The notes under the pieces are model-generated. The model was not told where the DNA came from and did no database searches. It saw nothing but the letters and a program-made list of their open reading frames with translations. The translations under genes and the position numbers were made by a program. DNA of 64,000 bases from a virus: IMG/VR virus record IMGVR_UViG_3300025617_000006. The stretch is one strand, 5' to 3'. Shown here piece after piece: positions 49,053 to 59,105 of the stretch. The number at the start of each line of letters is the position of its first letter. Positions within the stretch are counted from its first letter, which is position 1.

Positions 49053-49514
49053 CTATGTTTGGTCATACGTTATAGTGTTGTTGTCCATCGTGTAACCGGT
49101 GTTATCCCATTCTCTATCACTGTCAATAATTTCAATTGTGTCGCCAGCGTATACTACTGCGCCATCATTTGGTCCTTGGTTAATTCTTACTACTAACTCG
49201 CCTTCTTCGTTGACGTAATAAAATAAATTTGCATCGTCCCATCTAAATTGTTCATAGTTTAAATTCTTGTATGTTAAATTATGTGCCGAATCTCTTCCTT
49301 CAAAAAACTCGCCGCCTTCATCAAACTCAGTATAGTTATCTACTGGGTCACCTTCTTTATTAATTGCAATAACGTCAGTAAGGTTTAACTGGTCAAGTTT
49401 ACCAAGGAACAGTTCTCCGGCATCTGTTCTACGCAACCCGTAAAAATATCTTTCACCGAGGTTGTCCTCAATAGTTTCTGTAATACTTTGACCTGCATAC
49501 CATTGATTTGACAT
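49053..49514 (-). CDS. Hypothetical protein, paralog of 47196..47564
   Basis: Shared motifs as above; extra WDNT..TMD tail. Confidence 0.65.
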   Translation of the reverse strand: MSNQWYAGQSITETIEDNLGERYFYGLRRTDAGELFLGKLDQLNLTDVIAINKEGDPVDNYTEFDEGGEFFEGRDSAHNLTYKNLNYEQFRWDDANLFYYVNEEGELVVRINQGPNDGAVVYAGDTIEIIDSDREWDNTGYTMDNNTITYDQT

Positions 49515-49515
49515 G

Positions 49516-49845
49516 TTATACTATCTCCACAAAACTCATTACACAGTCTAAACTGTCGTTAATATCTGACTCAACATATAAAATATTAGTCGAACCTAAA
49601 ATAATTTTTTCACCACCGTTTAATACTTTTAATGATGCATTAGGTGGAATCAATACATCTTTAAGATAAAACCCTACAACAGACGTGTCGTCTGCAATTA
49701 GAACACTAGCACTAACTACTGACGATGTCAAGTTTGCTAAACTAAGACCAATTATAGTTGATCTAGCACTTGGTGGTGCTTCGTAAATTGGTACTCTAAC
49801 TGTTCCTATATCTTTTACTACTTTATTTTTAAAAAACGTTGCCAT
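49516..49845 (-). CDS. Small fibre-associated beta protein
   Basis: IYEAP...IIGLSLAN...GEKIILG...SFVEI. Confidence 0.6.
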   Translation of the reverse strand: MATFFKNKVVKDIGTVRVPIYEAPPSARSTIIGLSLANLTSSVVSASVLIADDTSVVGFYLKDVLIPPNASLKVLNGGEKIILGSTNILYVESDINDSLDCVMSFVEIV

Positions 49846-49849
49846 CTAA

Positions 49850-52800
49850 TTATCCTATTGTAACTGCCATCTTAATTGCGATTTCTTCTGCATCCTGTGC
49901 TGACACAGCACCCGAACTACCTGCTACTGAGACCCATGTATTTGAAGGATCATAAATTTCAACCCTGTCATCGTCTGTATTAAAACGCATCATGCCCACT
50001 TCTGGAGTTGGGTGTCTGTTCAATAAGTCTCCAACTGGAATAACAAATCCGCCTGTACCGTCAATCTTAAAGTACCCTTCGCCAGTTTGAGCAAGGGTAG
50101 TAACTGCACCGTCAAGTGTGTTTTGAATTGAGTTAGCATTAAATCCAAAGTTTTCAATAAGAACTCGACCTGTTCCGTTGGCTCTTAAATTAAGATCAGC
50201 GTTAGTTGTTACAGTTCTTACAGTGTTACCTTCAATTTCAATGTCATCAACTGCTAGTTTATTAACATTAAATCTAGTAGTATTTACATCTGCAACAAGT
50301 GTGCCGTTAGCATAAAAAGAAATAGTATCATCGTCAGCGCCAGGTGTTGTTTCTGCTAAAATATATGTATCTTGATCAAGATCGCGAACACCATTTAATG
50401 CAATCCAGTTACCGTCATAACCTTCAAATACATCAGTGTCAGTGTTGTAACGTAGCATGCCTACTGTAGGTGTTCCAGGACGTTCTGCTGTAGTACCTCT
50501 CGGAAGAGTTAAACTGCCTGTTGAATCAATATCAACACGCTGACTGCCTGGGTCTAAAATAATAGTTTCGTCTGACGATATAACATTAGTTTTAAATGAT
50601 AAGTCGTCAATAACAATACTACCTGTACCGCTTGCACGTAATTCTAAATCTTGGTTTGTATTTGTAGTTTGGATAACATTAGTATTAATATTAATATCAT
50701 CAACTTGTACTTCACCAGCATATAAATTTGCCCAATTATTTGTTACAGTACCTAGTGTATATGTTCCGTCTTGTGACGGAACCAAGTTACTAGCAATGCC
50801 TGCTACAATTTGAATACTGTCACTTGCTTCGTCACCAATAGTAATGTCGCCGCCGATTGTAACATCGCCAGTTACATCTAAATCACCTGTAATGTTAACA
50901 TCGTCTTCAAAGTTAACAATACCATTTGACGAATCAATATTTAAATCGCCGCTTAAACTTTCAACAGTATTTCCGCTAAGTTTAATATCGCCTGTCTGAA
51001 TCTTGTCGCCATCAATAATTGTAGTTGATGCGCCTGAACTAAATCGCACTTCTTCAAGTGTGTCGATGTTAAAGTTTGCATTTGTAAAATTAACAGTACC
51101 GTCTTGTTGATTAACATGGAAAATATTACCGACTCTAAAATCACCTTTGTGGTCTACTGAACTATAATATACATTAGCACTGTTTAATTCAGTAACTTCT
51201 TGGCTTTGAATAACTGTTGTTGGATCATTGTCAACCGCTTTACCATTTCCAATATAAGCAAGGTTTTGCGAAATAAGATACATAACAACGCCGTTACCGT
51301 CGCCGTATATTCCATAATTACCATAAACACATGCACTACCAATTGAACGTAGTTCACAACCAAAGTCTGTAAAGTCTGTAAGTTCAATTCCAGTTGCATA
51401 CGCACCTCCGCCAAAACCAATTGACTGCAAAACAACAACTTCGTCAGTAAATACTGCCGAACTGTCAGTTCCATTAAATCTTAAAAGTAATACTGTACTA
51501 GCATCGTTTGCTACTTCGCCTAATGGTAATACATATGAACCAAGAGTGTATCTTGCTGTTGACGAAATTCTTACATCATCAATGTGTCCGTTAAAATTAT
51601 CTGCTGTACTGTCATATCTAGCACCAACTACAAGCGGCTTTGTAACACCCAAGTCTGCACTAAATGCATTATCACTGTCAACTCTTGTACCGTTAACATA
51701 TAAATTAATAGTAGTTCCTGATCTAGAAACAGCAACATGATGCCATGTTTCGACTGCTAAAGATACTGTGTCTGTTAGTAGTTCGCTTCCGTTATAATAA
51801 ACCTTTGTAACACCGTTATTAGTATACAAATACAATCCGTTATCGGAATCAGTACCTGCTCGGAAGTCAAAAATTCCTCTAAGTCCAGTAAACCCGCCAG
51901 TGTTGGCATAAATCCAACCTTCCATAGTAAGTTCATCTGTTCCAAATCCAAAGTCTTCGTCACTTACTGTACTTGCACTATCGCCAGTACCGTCAAGCAT
52001 TAAACTAGCAGTTCCGTATTTTTTAATTGTTGTATCGAGTTGAGCATTGCCATTTGCTAAGAAAGTTTTTCCGCCACGCTCGTATTTTGTTTCAAGTCCG
52101 GCTACATTATTATTTAGGTAAATGTAGTTCCCGTCAACCTCATTAACAGTAGCATTAATATCTACATCATTTGAATCTGTATAAACAAATGTTTCTCCGG
52201 CAGTTGGAGTACCAACTAAGCCGCTTACTTTAATTTTTGTGCGTCCGGTTCCTTTTAATCCAGTTGCTCCGTTTTCGCCAAGCATTGCTTTATCAGCAAA
52301 GTATACAAAAGAGTTGAGCCATTCTACTCTTGCACCGTTAGTTGCATACAGTCCAATTGCTCCCGGAGTAATAAAAGTTACACTATGGAACAACATGCTT
52401 GCTTCTTTAGAGTTTACAGTTGCTTGGCTACCGTCAATCTTTGCACCACGCCCTGCGTCACCTTGATCAAAGCCTCTGGGGTCACTTGCACTAGTTACAC
52501 TACCTTTTGTAATTACAGAAACATTTTTAATGTATGGTGAACGACTGGTTACTTCAAAATTTGAATCAAAACTAAATGCCCAGCCTGTATCATTAACACT
52601 GTTGTAGTAAAAATCAGCAACAGTTAAATTCATTACACTACTTTGGCCATTTAATACAAATGCATTTTCGTTATTTGTGCCTGCTGTTGGTATAACTTTA
52701 ACAGCACGAATACTTTCTCCTACTATTGTTACTCCTACAGGAACTGTTAATGGAAATTCTTCTTCGTATTCTCCTGGATAGATGTGAATTGTATCACCGT

Positions 52801-53572
52801 CTGTTGCTACGCTTAATGCTTGACTAATAGTTAAGTATGGATCTTGTGGATGTTCTCCTGAATGTGTATCGTCACCATTTTTAGCAACGTAAATTACATT
52901 GCCAGGAGTAAGAGTCAAGTCAAGATCGCCAATGACTAACCCTTGTGTTGTAATACTTGTTGCAGTTAGATCACTAAAGTAACCATGTGACCATTTTTTA
53001 TCTGCTGTACCTAACGTATAAGTGTCGGTTACATCAGGAATTAAGTCCGATGCAATGTCAGCATTAATAGTAACAGTGTCAGTATCATCGTCACCAATAG
53101 TAATGTCGCCGTCTGCTGAAATATTACCAGTAGCATGTAAGTTACCAGTAATGTTAGTGTCACCAATAAAGTTTACAGTACCGGTTCCGTTAGGTCTAAA
53201 TTCTAAATTTTGATTAGTTCCTAATGCACGTATAGTAGCATTATCAATTTCAATATCGTCAACAATTAATTTGTCTTGATAGATAACACTATCAGGTGTT
53301 GTAATTGTAAAGATTGGTTCTGATGTAGATATTGTATTAGTAGACCCGTTAAGAGTAAGATTACCAATTGGTAAAATTGTGTCTAAAATATCTAGTGAGT
53401 CAATTCTTGCTGTCCCGTTTACGTCTAGTGCGGTCGATGGCGTACTAGTTTTCACACCAATACGGCTATTGTTAACATCTAAGTATAGTAAATCCGTTTC
53501 AAACGCTAAATCCACCCCTTGACGAAGTAGGTTTGCCTTCAAAAGCGGACCCGAAATACGACCAACTGCCAC
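49850..53572 (-). CDS. Large virion fibre protein (1240 aa) with beta-helix and LamG/ConA-like domain; GTG start
   Basis: TMEGWIY...WHHVAVSRSG...LYVNG...GHIDDVRIS (LamG); SRSPYIKNV; paralog of 53715..56576. Confidence 0.7.
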   Translation of the reverse strand: MAVGRISGPLLKANLLRQGVDLAFETDLLYLDVNNSRIGVKTSTPSTALDVNGTARIDSLDILDTILPIGNLTLNGSTNTISTSEPIFTITTPDSVIYQDKLIVDDIEIDNATIRALGTNQNLEFRPNGTGTVNFIGDTNITGNLHATGNISADGDITIGDDDTDTVTINADIASDLIPDVTDTYTLGTADKKWSHGYFSDLTATSITTQGLVIGDLDLTLTPGNVIYVAKNGDDTHSGEHPQDPYLTISQALSVATDGDTIHIYPGEYEEEFPLTVPVGVTIVGESIRAVKVIPTAGTNNENAFVLNGQSSVMNLTVADFYYNSVNDTGWAFSFDSNFEVTSRSPYIKNVSVITKGSVTSASDPRGFDQGDAGRGAKIDGSQATVNSKEASMLFHSVTFITPGAIGLYATNGARVEWLNSFVYFADKAMLGENGATGLKGTGRTKIKVSGLVGTPTAGETFVYTDSNDVDINATVNEVDGNYIYLNNNVAGLETKYERGGKTFLANGNAQLDTTIKKYGTASLMLDGTGDSASTVSDEDFGFGTDELTMEGWIYANTGGFTGLRGIFDFRAGTDSDNGLYLYTNNGVTKVYYNGSELLTDTVSLAVETWHHVAVSRSGTTINLYVNGTRVDSDNAFSADLGVTKPLVVGARYDSTADNFNGHIDDVRISSTARYTLGSYVLPLGEVANDASTVLLLRFNGTDSSAVFTDEVVVLQSIGFGGGAYATGIELTDFTDFGCELRSIGSACVYGNYGIYGDGNGVVMYLISQNLAYIGNGKAVDNDPTTVIQSQEVTELNSANVYYSSVDHKGDFRVGNIFHVNQQDGTVNFTNANFNIDTLEEVRFSSGASTTIIDGDKIQTGDIKLSGNTVESLSGDLNIDSSNGIVNFEDDVNITGDLDVTGDVTIGGDITIGDEASDSIQIVAGIASNLVPSQDGTYTLGTVTNNWANLYAGEVQVDDININTNVIQTTNTNQDLELRASGTGSIVIDDLSFKTNVISSDETIILDPGSQRVDIDSTGSLTLPRGTTAERPGTPTVGMLRYNTDTDVFEGYDGNWIALNGVRDLDQDTYILAETTPGADDDTISFYANGTLVADVNTTRFNVNKLAVDDIEIEGNTVRTVTTNADLNLRANGTGRVLIENFGFNANSIQNTLDGAVTTLAQTGEGYFKIDGTGGFVIPVGDLLNRHPTPEVGMMRFNTDDDRVEIYDPSNTWVSVAGSSGAVSAQDAEEIAIKMAVTIG

Positions 53573-53575
53573 TTT

Positions 53576-53690
53576 ATTCTCCTATAAACGGGGATCCTGT
53601 CCCTCTAACCAAATTTTCATCCCCGTAGGGCTCTTTGCCGGTTAACCACAGTAAGTCCTGCTACGGATTGGTCTTCCCTTTGTAGCATTA
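53576..53690 (-). ncRNA. Candidate structured 5' leader RNA (cis-regulatory)
   Basis: GC-rich island between TATAAATA (53702-53695) and AGGAG SD; stems UGCUAC/GUAGCA, UAACC/GGUUA, ACGGGGAU/AUCCCCGU, CCC-UACG-GGG. Confidence 0.55.
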
Positions 53691-53694
53691 ATAG

Positions 53695-53702
53695 TATTTA
53701 TA
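53695..53702 (-). promoter_or_regulatory. Canonical T4 late promoter TATAAATA
   Basis: Exact consensus, intergenic. Confidence 0.8.
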
Positions 53703-53714
53703 TGTTTTTAGATA

Positions 53715-56576
53715 TTACCCGAGGATAATGTTCCAAAGGAAGTTAACGTTTTCAGCAAACTCTTCAGTTACTGATTCACCGCCACCAGCGGCAAGTACCC
53801 ACTGGGTTCCGTTGTATGTTTCTAGGAAAAGTTTATCAGGTTCTGTGTTAAACCTTGTATGTCCTACTTCTGGATTTGTTGGTCTAGTTGAGTTATCACC
53901 ATATGGTACAACTAAGCCCTTTGTCTGATCAAACTTAAGAAAAGAATATATATCCGCTAGTTGAAATGTAAAAGGACTATCAAGTGTGTTAGTAATTGTA
54001 TTATCTTTAAATATGAGATCCTCTTGACCAATACTGCCTAATCCGTTAGATCTAAATTCAATATTAGCATCAAGTGTTGCACTTGAGATTGTATTACCGT
54101 CGATACTTAATGAATTTTGTGAATCAAATCTATTAGTTTCTAATATTAATCCTGTAAGAGTTGATGTACGCACTCCTCCAGTAACAAATCCAATTTGATT
54201 ATTACTTAGATCAAAGTATGTATCTCTGTCAGTATCGTACAACCCTGGAAAACTTACATTGCCTCCACTATAACCTTCAAAAATATTTAATTGTGTATTA
54301 TATCGTATATCACCAATATTGTCTTTACGCTGATTGCTTGTACCAACAGGCAATTTTAATCTTTCTGTTGCCGACATAGTAAGTATATCAGTGGGCTGTA
54401 TTGTTATATCAGAGGTATCATTTGAAATTACGCTATTTTTATATTTTAAATCGTCAAATTTTACATAACCAGTTGCATTTGCTCTCAATTCTAAGTTTTC
54501 GTTTGTATTATTAACTTGTATATAGTTTTCGTTAAATGTAAAACTATCAACAGTCATTTTACTTAGGTAAGAATTTTTCCATTTTTTGTATGACGTTCCT
54601 AAATCATATGTGTCTGTTTGATTAGGATACAAATCTTGATCAAACGGTGTATTAAAATCAACAGTATCTGTTGACTCATTGCCGATTGTTATTAAACTTC
54701 CGCCAAGTGTTAAGTTGCCGTTTAAACTTAACTTAGCCATTCGTGTATTTGTTAATAGGTTATGTACGTTTGACGGTGAAGCAAAGTTAATCGGGCCTGC
54801 AATTGACTTAATTGTATTAGGAGCAACAATGCGCAATGCTCCGGTTTCAATAGTTGTACCGTCAATGAACGTAGTTTCTTGATTCTTTGTTACACTTAAA
54901 CTAGAAAACCCAGAAGCACTAACTTGAGTAGCATCAATGCTAGTCGTACCATCAACTAGATTAACAAAGAAGTTATTACCAACTTTAAAATTACCTAACT
55001 GATCCTGTGATTGAAAGTACACATTACCATCATTTAATTCTACAACTTCGTTTTCTTCAATTCTGATAGTATTATCGTTTGTTACATCTTTGCCTACGCC
55101 AACATATGCAAAATTATGCGAAATAAGGTATCCTAAACATTCATCACCGTCTGCAACAATGCCGTAATTACCGTATACACTTGCAGAACCAATTGAACGA
55201 AGTTCTGCACCTTTAACTAAAGTACTGTCACTGCGCCAACGCCCTGCGCCATTTTGTAAATAAAACGATCGATTTGCAAAATATGTAAACGAATTTAGCC
55301 ATTCACACCTAACACCATTTTTAAGTATAACAGCATCTACTCCTGGAGTAATAAAAGTTACACTATGAAACAGTATACCTGCTTCATTTGTTTCATGATC
55401 GCAAACACTTCCGTCAAACAATCCGCCTTTACCTGCATCTGCCGAATCAAATCCTCTCGGATCACTTACGCTAGTTGCACTACCTTTTGTGATTACTGTT
55501 ACATTTTTAATATAAGGACTGCGACTAGTAACACGCATGTCTCCTGCAAAACGGAATGCATACCCTTTGTCATTAGTACCATCATAATAAAAGTCTTTAA
55601 TAGTAACATTTTCAACAGTTGATTCACCGTTTAGTAAAAAACAATCTTCGCTTTGATTATCAGTAGTAGGACGAATTCCTACATTACGAATATCTTGTCC
55701 TTTTACTGTAACACCTACTGGAACTACTAATGGAAATTCTTCTTCGTAATCTCCAGAGTTAATATAAACTGTGTCGCCGGATTGCGCTCGACTAAGAGCG
55801 TATTTAATAGTTCCTAACGGTCCTTGTGGACTTGTTCCTCGTCTATTATTATCACCGTTAACAGAAACATACCATATGTTACCTTGGGATAACGTAACTT
55901 CAATACCGTCGATGGTTACGTTTTCGGCACTAATAACATTATCAACTGCTATATTTGTTGAATTTAGATCAAATCTTTTTTCGCTTGTACCAATATCGTA
56001 TGTTGTAGTACTATCTGGTATTAAATCACCGTCAATGTCAGCGGCAAAACTTACATTATCTTCGTCACTGTCTCCGCCGATTAAAACATTGCCGTCAAAT
56101 GTAATATTTCCAGTAGCATGAACATTACCATCAACTTCAACAGTTTTGTTTGCTGTGATAATTTCATTTGTACCAACCCCGTTTGGAATAAAATTAATGT
56201 CGCCGTTTGTAACCCAAGAACCAACGTAGTTGTCATTTATTTCAATTGTAGCAGTTCTAATACCAGCAGTTGTTACATTATCGCCTGCATGGTTAATATT
56301 AATGTTGCCACTAAGTGTACTAATTCCGTTAGGCCCGAATGTTAAATTTCCTAATGTTAAGTCATTTCCAATTATAAGATCTCTTGGAGATTCGTTATTA
56401 TCAGTACGGGCTTTTAATACTCCGTTGATAGTTAAATCGCGAGGGCGTGTAACAGTGTTAACACCAATCTTACCATCGGAATGTCCGATATAAAGCAAGT
56501 CGGTTTCAACTGCTAAGTCTGTTTCACGTATTAAATTTTTGCTTAGTAGCGGTCCTGTAATTTTACCTAGAGACAT
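53715..56576 (-). CDS. Large virion fibre protein (953 aa), paralog of 49850..53572 lacking the LamG insert
   Basis: MSLGKITGPLL...ETDLLY N-terminus; GDYEEEFPLVVPVGVT, SRSPYIKNV, FHSVTFITPG, ELRSIGSA. Confidence 0.7.
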   Translation of the reverse strand: MSLGKITGPLLSKNLIRETDLAVETDLLYIGHSDGKIGVNTVTRPRDLTINGVLKARTDNNESPRDLIIGNDLTLGNLTFGPNGISTLSGNININHAGDNVTTAGIRTATIEINDNYVGSWVTNGDINFIPNGVGTNEIITANKTVEVDGNVHATGNITFDGNVLIGGDSDEDNVSFAADIDGDLIPDSTTTYDIGTSEKRFDLNSTNIAVDNVISAENVTIDGIEVTLSQGNIWYVSVNGDNNRRGTSPQGPLGTIKYALSRAQSGDTVYINSGDYEEEFPLVVPVGVTVKGQDIRNVGIRPTTDNQSEDCFLLNGESTVENVTIKDFYYDGTNDKGYAFRFAGDMRVTSRSPYIKNVTVITKGSATSVSDPRGFDSADAGKGGLFDGSVCDHETNEAGILFHSVTFITPGVDAVILKNGVRCEWLNSFTYFANRSFYLQNGAGRWRSDSTLVKGAELRSIGSASVYGNYGIVADGDECLGYLISHNFAYVGVGKDVTNDNTIRIEENEVVELNDGNVYFQSQDQLGNFKVGNNFFVNLVDGTTSIDATQVSASGFSSLSVTKNQETTFIDGTTIETGALRIVAPNTIKSIAGPINFASPSNVHNLLTNTRMAKLSLNGNLTLGGSLITIGNESTDTVDFNTPFDQDLYPNQTDTYDLGTSYKKWKNSYLSKMTVDSFTFNENYIQVNNTNENLELRANATGYVKFDDLKYKNSVISNDTSDITIQPTDILTMSATERLKLPVGTSNQRKDNIGDIRYNTQLNIFEGYSGGNVSFPGLYDTDRDTYFDLSNNQIGFVTGGVRTSTLTGLILETNRFDSQNSLSIDGNTISSATLDANIEFRSNGLGSIGQEDLIFKDNTITNTLDSPFTFQLADIYSFLKFDQTKGLVVPYGDNSTRPTNPEVGHTRFNTEPDKLFLETYNGTQWVLAAGGGESVTEEFAENVNFLWNIILG

Positions 56577-56606
56577 TGGTACCCTCCATGTAAGTATTTA
56601 TTGGAT

Positions 56607-57167
56607 TTACTTATCGAAGTTATGTAGGACTGTTACTTTTTTGCCGGATGGTACTTCTGAAAGGAATTTAATATAGTAACCATCTGCATACGGACTATTC
56701 GGACCTGCAAGGTTACCACTTGAACTTTGTTCTAATGTATAGTTTGTTGTACTAATTTGAAGAACGTTTTCAACTAGCACTAATACACTCTGTGCTGTTG
56801 CTGGTACTGGATAAGATGTGTCATTAGCATTAAGAGGACCGAATACTGTTTCAAAACCGTCGCCGGTTCCTAAATCTTGTTGGTAAATTGGAGTTGGTTC
56901 TTTAAGTCTAATTTCTTTCCAAACACCATTATCATAAAATTCAACACTATTAGTATCAGTATTAAATCTCATCATTCCAAGTTGAGGAGAAACTGGTCTT
57001 TGATTCAATGCTGAACCTGCAGGTTCTGTAGCATCTCCTGTTCCAAATGGAACTTGCATTGCACTATTTGAACGTAATTCAAAAACACCAGTACTGTGAT
57101 TATAAAACATACCAACACCGTGTGTAAATGTTCTTCTACTAGATGTTTGGGACTTTAAAAATTTCAT
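56607..57167 (-). CDS. Fibre-associated protein
   Basis: VP.G...RP..P..GMMRFNTDT...E.Y...W motif shared with C-termini of the 1240- and 953-aa proteins. Confidence 0.6.
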   Translation of the reverse strand: MKFLKSQTSSRRTFTHGVGMFYNHSTGVFELRSNSAMQVPFGTGDATEPAGSALNQRPVSPQLGMMRFNTDTNSVEFYDNGVWKEIRLKEPTPIYQQDLGTGDGFETVFGPLNANDTSYPVPATAQSVLVLVENVLQISTTNYTLEQSSSGNLAGPNSPYADGYYIKFLSEVPSGKKVTVLHNFDK

Positions 57168-57517
57168 TACACTTCCAAATAACTTACTGTTGCAGACAAA
57201 TTATATGGTGCCGCACCGCCTTCAAGAATAATTCTATCACCACTGCCTAATACCATTTTTTCTGTATCAAACGTAAACGTATCTGCGCCTGCTACATTAA
57301 CAGCATTTGCAATTTTAGTTTGCGAACCTATTGTAATTGCACCGTTTGCAACGTCCGAAGGTACAAAATATAAATTAAATGTTGAATCGTTTGCACCAGT
57401 GTTATCTGCCGCGGCATGATTACACACAACTAAAGTTAATACTGCATACTGTTTATCATTTGGAACAGTTAAGATTGTTTGTGCGCTTCCGTCTATTAGT
57501 ATATTTGATATTGCCAT
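57167..57517 (-). CDS. Small fibre-associated beta protein
   Basis: ILTVP...LVVCN...EKMVLGSGDRI...SYLEV. Confidence 0.6.
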   Translation of the reverse strand: MAISNILIDGSAQTILTVPNDKQYAVLTLVVCNHAAADNTGANDSTFNLYFVPSDVANGAITIGSQTKIANAVNVAGADTFTFDTEKMVLGSGDRIILEGGAAPYNLSATVSYLEV

Positions 57518-57531
57518 AATAATATTTATCC

Positions 57532-58518
57532 TTACAATAGATACCCATAAACAAGGGCTCTATTTTTACTTATCAATTCGTCGGTTGTGTTATTTGTATT
57601 TACAAAGTATAACCCAGTATTGCCGCCGCCTTCTGACTTTGCATACAACTTAATTCCGTCTGTAGGTGCTACAGGATCTAAAATTGGATCGTCAGTGCCT
57701 GGTGTTTCTGAAATTTGTAATACATCGTTAATTCTAACTGTTCCTGTACCTGGTGCATCTAAAATAACATCTGCATTACTAACTGTACCTGATATAGTTT
57801 GTCCAGAAATACGAAGATCGTTTAATTCAATTCTGTCTGGAAAGAATGTTGAAACAATTGAACTATCCATCATAAAGTCTACCCGACTTTCTAATGATCC
57901 GTCTATTGCATCAGCGACTTCAACAACAGTATTTCCATTATTAATTCTACTAATTTGTAAGTCTCGAAGTGTTCCGTCAATTACCGAATCAACATAGTAT
58001 TTGTGTACCAATGCCTCGTCATGACCGCCATCTTCTTGAATACTATTAAAATAATCTTCAGGACTACCAATTACAACAATTCTGTTTCCGTTAGTATCGA
58101 TATACAGTTGTCCGCCTGCAGAATCAATACTCGGTGCTCTAATGCCAATGTATCCGCCGTCGGTACGTTGGAATGTAAACGTTCCAAATACTTCAGTAGC
58201 CGGATCATTAGGGTTTACATGAGATAATGTCTCATCGAATAAAATCTGTGCATCACCGTCGGAAGCAACTCCTCTGTCAATTCTAATACCAGCAGTACCT
58301 TCACCAACTCCGGAGCCTGTTTCGCCCCTGTTTAATAGAATGATGTTATCTTCAATCTCTAGGTTAGTTGAATTTACAGTAACAGTTTCACCTTCAACAA
58401 AAAGGTCACCAGTAACTCGTACTTCGCCTTGTGCAGGACCAGTATCAAGTCTGATAGTTCCGTTAGGTTGAGTTTTTACTGTAAAGTCACCATTTGGTAC
58501 TGTTATAAATTTTGACAT
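57532..58518 (-). CDS. Virion fibre-type protein
   Basis: VTGDLFVEGET.TVNST...EDNIILLN.GE...GIRIDRG motif typical of T4-like fibre proteins. Confidence 0.65.
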   Translation of the reverse strand: MSKFITVPNGDFTVKTQPNGTIRLDTGPAQGEVRVTGDLFVEGETVTVNSTNLEIEDNIILLNRGETGSGVGEGTAGIRIDRGVASDGDAQILFDETLSHVNPNDPATEVFGTFTFQRTDGGYIGIRAPSIDSAGGQLYIDTNGNRIVVIGSPEDYFNSIQEDGGHDEALVHKYYVDSVIDGTLRDLQISRINNGNTVVEVADAIDGSLESRVDFMMDSSIVSTFFPDRIELNDLRISGQTISGTVSNADVILDAPGTGTVRINDVLQISETPGTDDPILDPVAPTDGIKLYAKSEGGGNTGLYFVNTNNTTDELISKNRALVYGYLL

Positions 58519-58530
58519 TTAAAATTCCTT

Positions 58531-58560
58531 AAAAGTGAGTAGGGGATTGCTCCCCTACTC
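58531..58560 (-). terminator. Strong hairpin with GCAA tetraloop (terminator or stabilising stem)
   Basis: GAGTAGGGGA-GCAA-TCCCCTACTC then ACTTTT; perfect 10-bp stem. Confidence 0.7.
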
Positions 58561-58571
58561 TATACTCTGTC

Positions 58572-59006
58572 TTAGTCTTCTGGATCGTCTGACTCAAAGT
58601 CATCTGCGTCTGGATCGCCGTCAACATTATCAATAGTATCGTCTTCACCTGCTTCTTCCATTTCAACTGCATCATCATCTGTTGCATCGCTGAAGTTCCA
58701 AGCAATTGACTCGCCTGTATCAAGTGTTACTTTGCGTCCTGCAATTTTTGTAACTTGCTTTGCATTACCTGCATCGTCTTTTACTGTAATTGTCATTTCG
58801 CCATCAGTATCAATGTCACCAGTTACTTTGTCTACTAAGAAACAATCTGCTGTAGTTGTGCCATCAGTTACACGAAACTTTTTAGATCCTAATTGCTTTA
58901 CAATCCATCCGTTTACTGATGCAGATCCGTCCCAAAATTGCACTTTAATTTCGTCGCCGCCTGCTGTTGGTGGTCCAAAAAATCTTTTGTTTAGTGGTCT
59001 TCCCAT
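58572..59006 (-). CDS. Hypothetical late protein with acidic tail
   Basis: 144 aa, strong AGGAG SD; MGRPLNK...IVKQLGSKKFRV. Confidence 0.7.
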   Translation of the reverse strand: MGRPLNKRFFGPPTAGGDEIKVQFWDGSASVNGWIVKQLGSKKFRVTDGTTTADCFLVDKVTGDIDTDGEMTITVKDDAGNAKQVTKIAGRKVTLDTGESIAWNFSDATDDDAVEMEEAGEDDTIDNVDGDPDADDFESDDPED

Positions 59007-59010
59007 TTGT

Positions 59011-59098
59011 TTTCTCCTATATAAAGTAGTCCTATCCGGGTTCTATCCGGTACGCTGTGGGTACAGCATAAGTCCGCCTTGCGGCACACTATTTGACA
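59011..59098 (-). ncRNA. Candidate structured 5' leader RNA (multi-hairpin junction)
   Basis: UAGU/ACUA closing stem around GCC-GCAA-GGC, UAUGCUGU-ACCC-ACAGCGUA and CCGG-AUAGAAC-CCGG; lies between GATAAATA and the SD. Confidence 0.55.
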
Positions 59099-59105
59099 TA
59101 TGTAT

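Noticed and set aside
36180-55760. Near-identical DNA segments between fibre genes as DGR template/variable repeats
   Set aside because: Both copies are in conserved coding cores, differences are mostly synonymous and not adenine-specific, and no reverse transcriptase is in the window
53576-59098. The two structured leaders as tRNAs or hammerhead ribozymes
   Set aside because: No T-loop (GTTCRA) or cloverleaf and no CUGANGA/GAAA core; known riboswitch classes not recognised by eye, so an Rfam search is still needed
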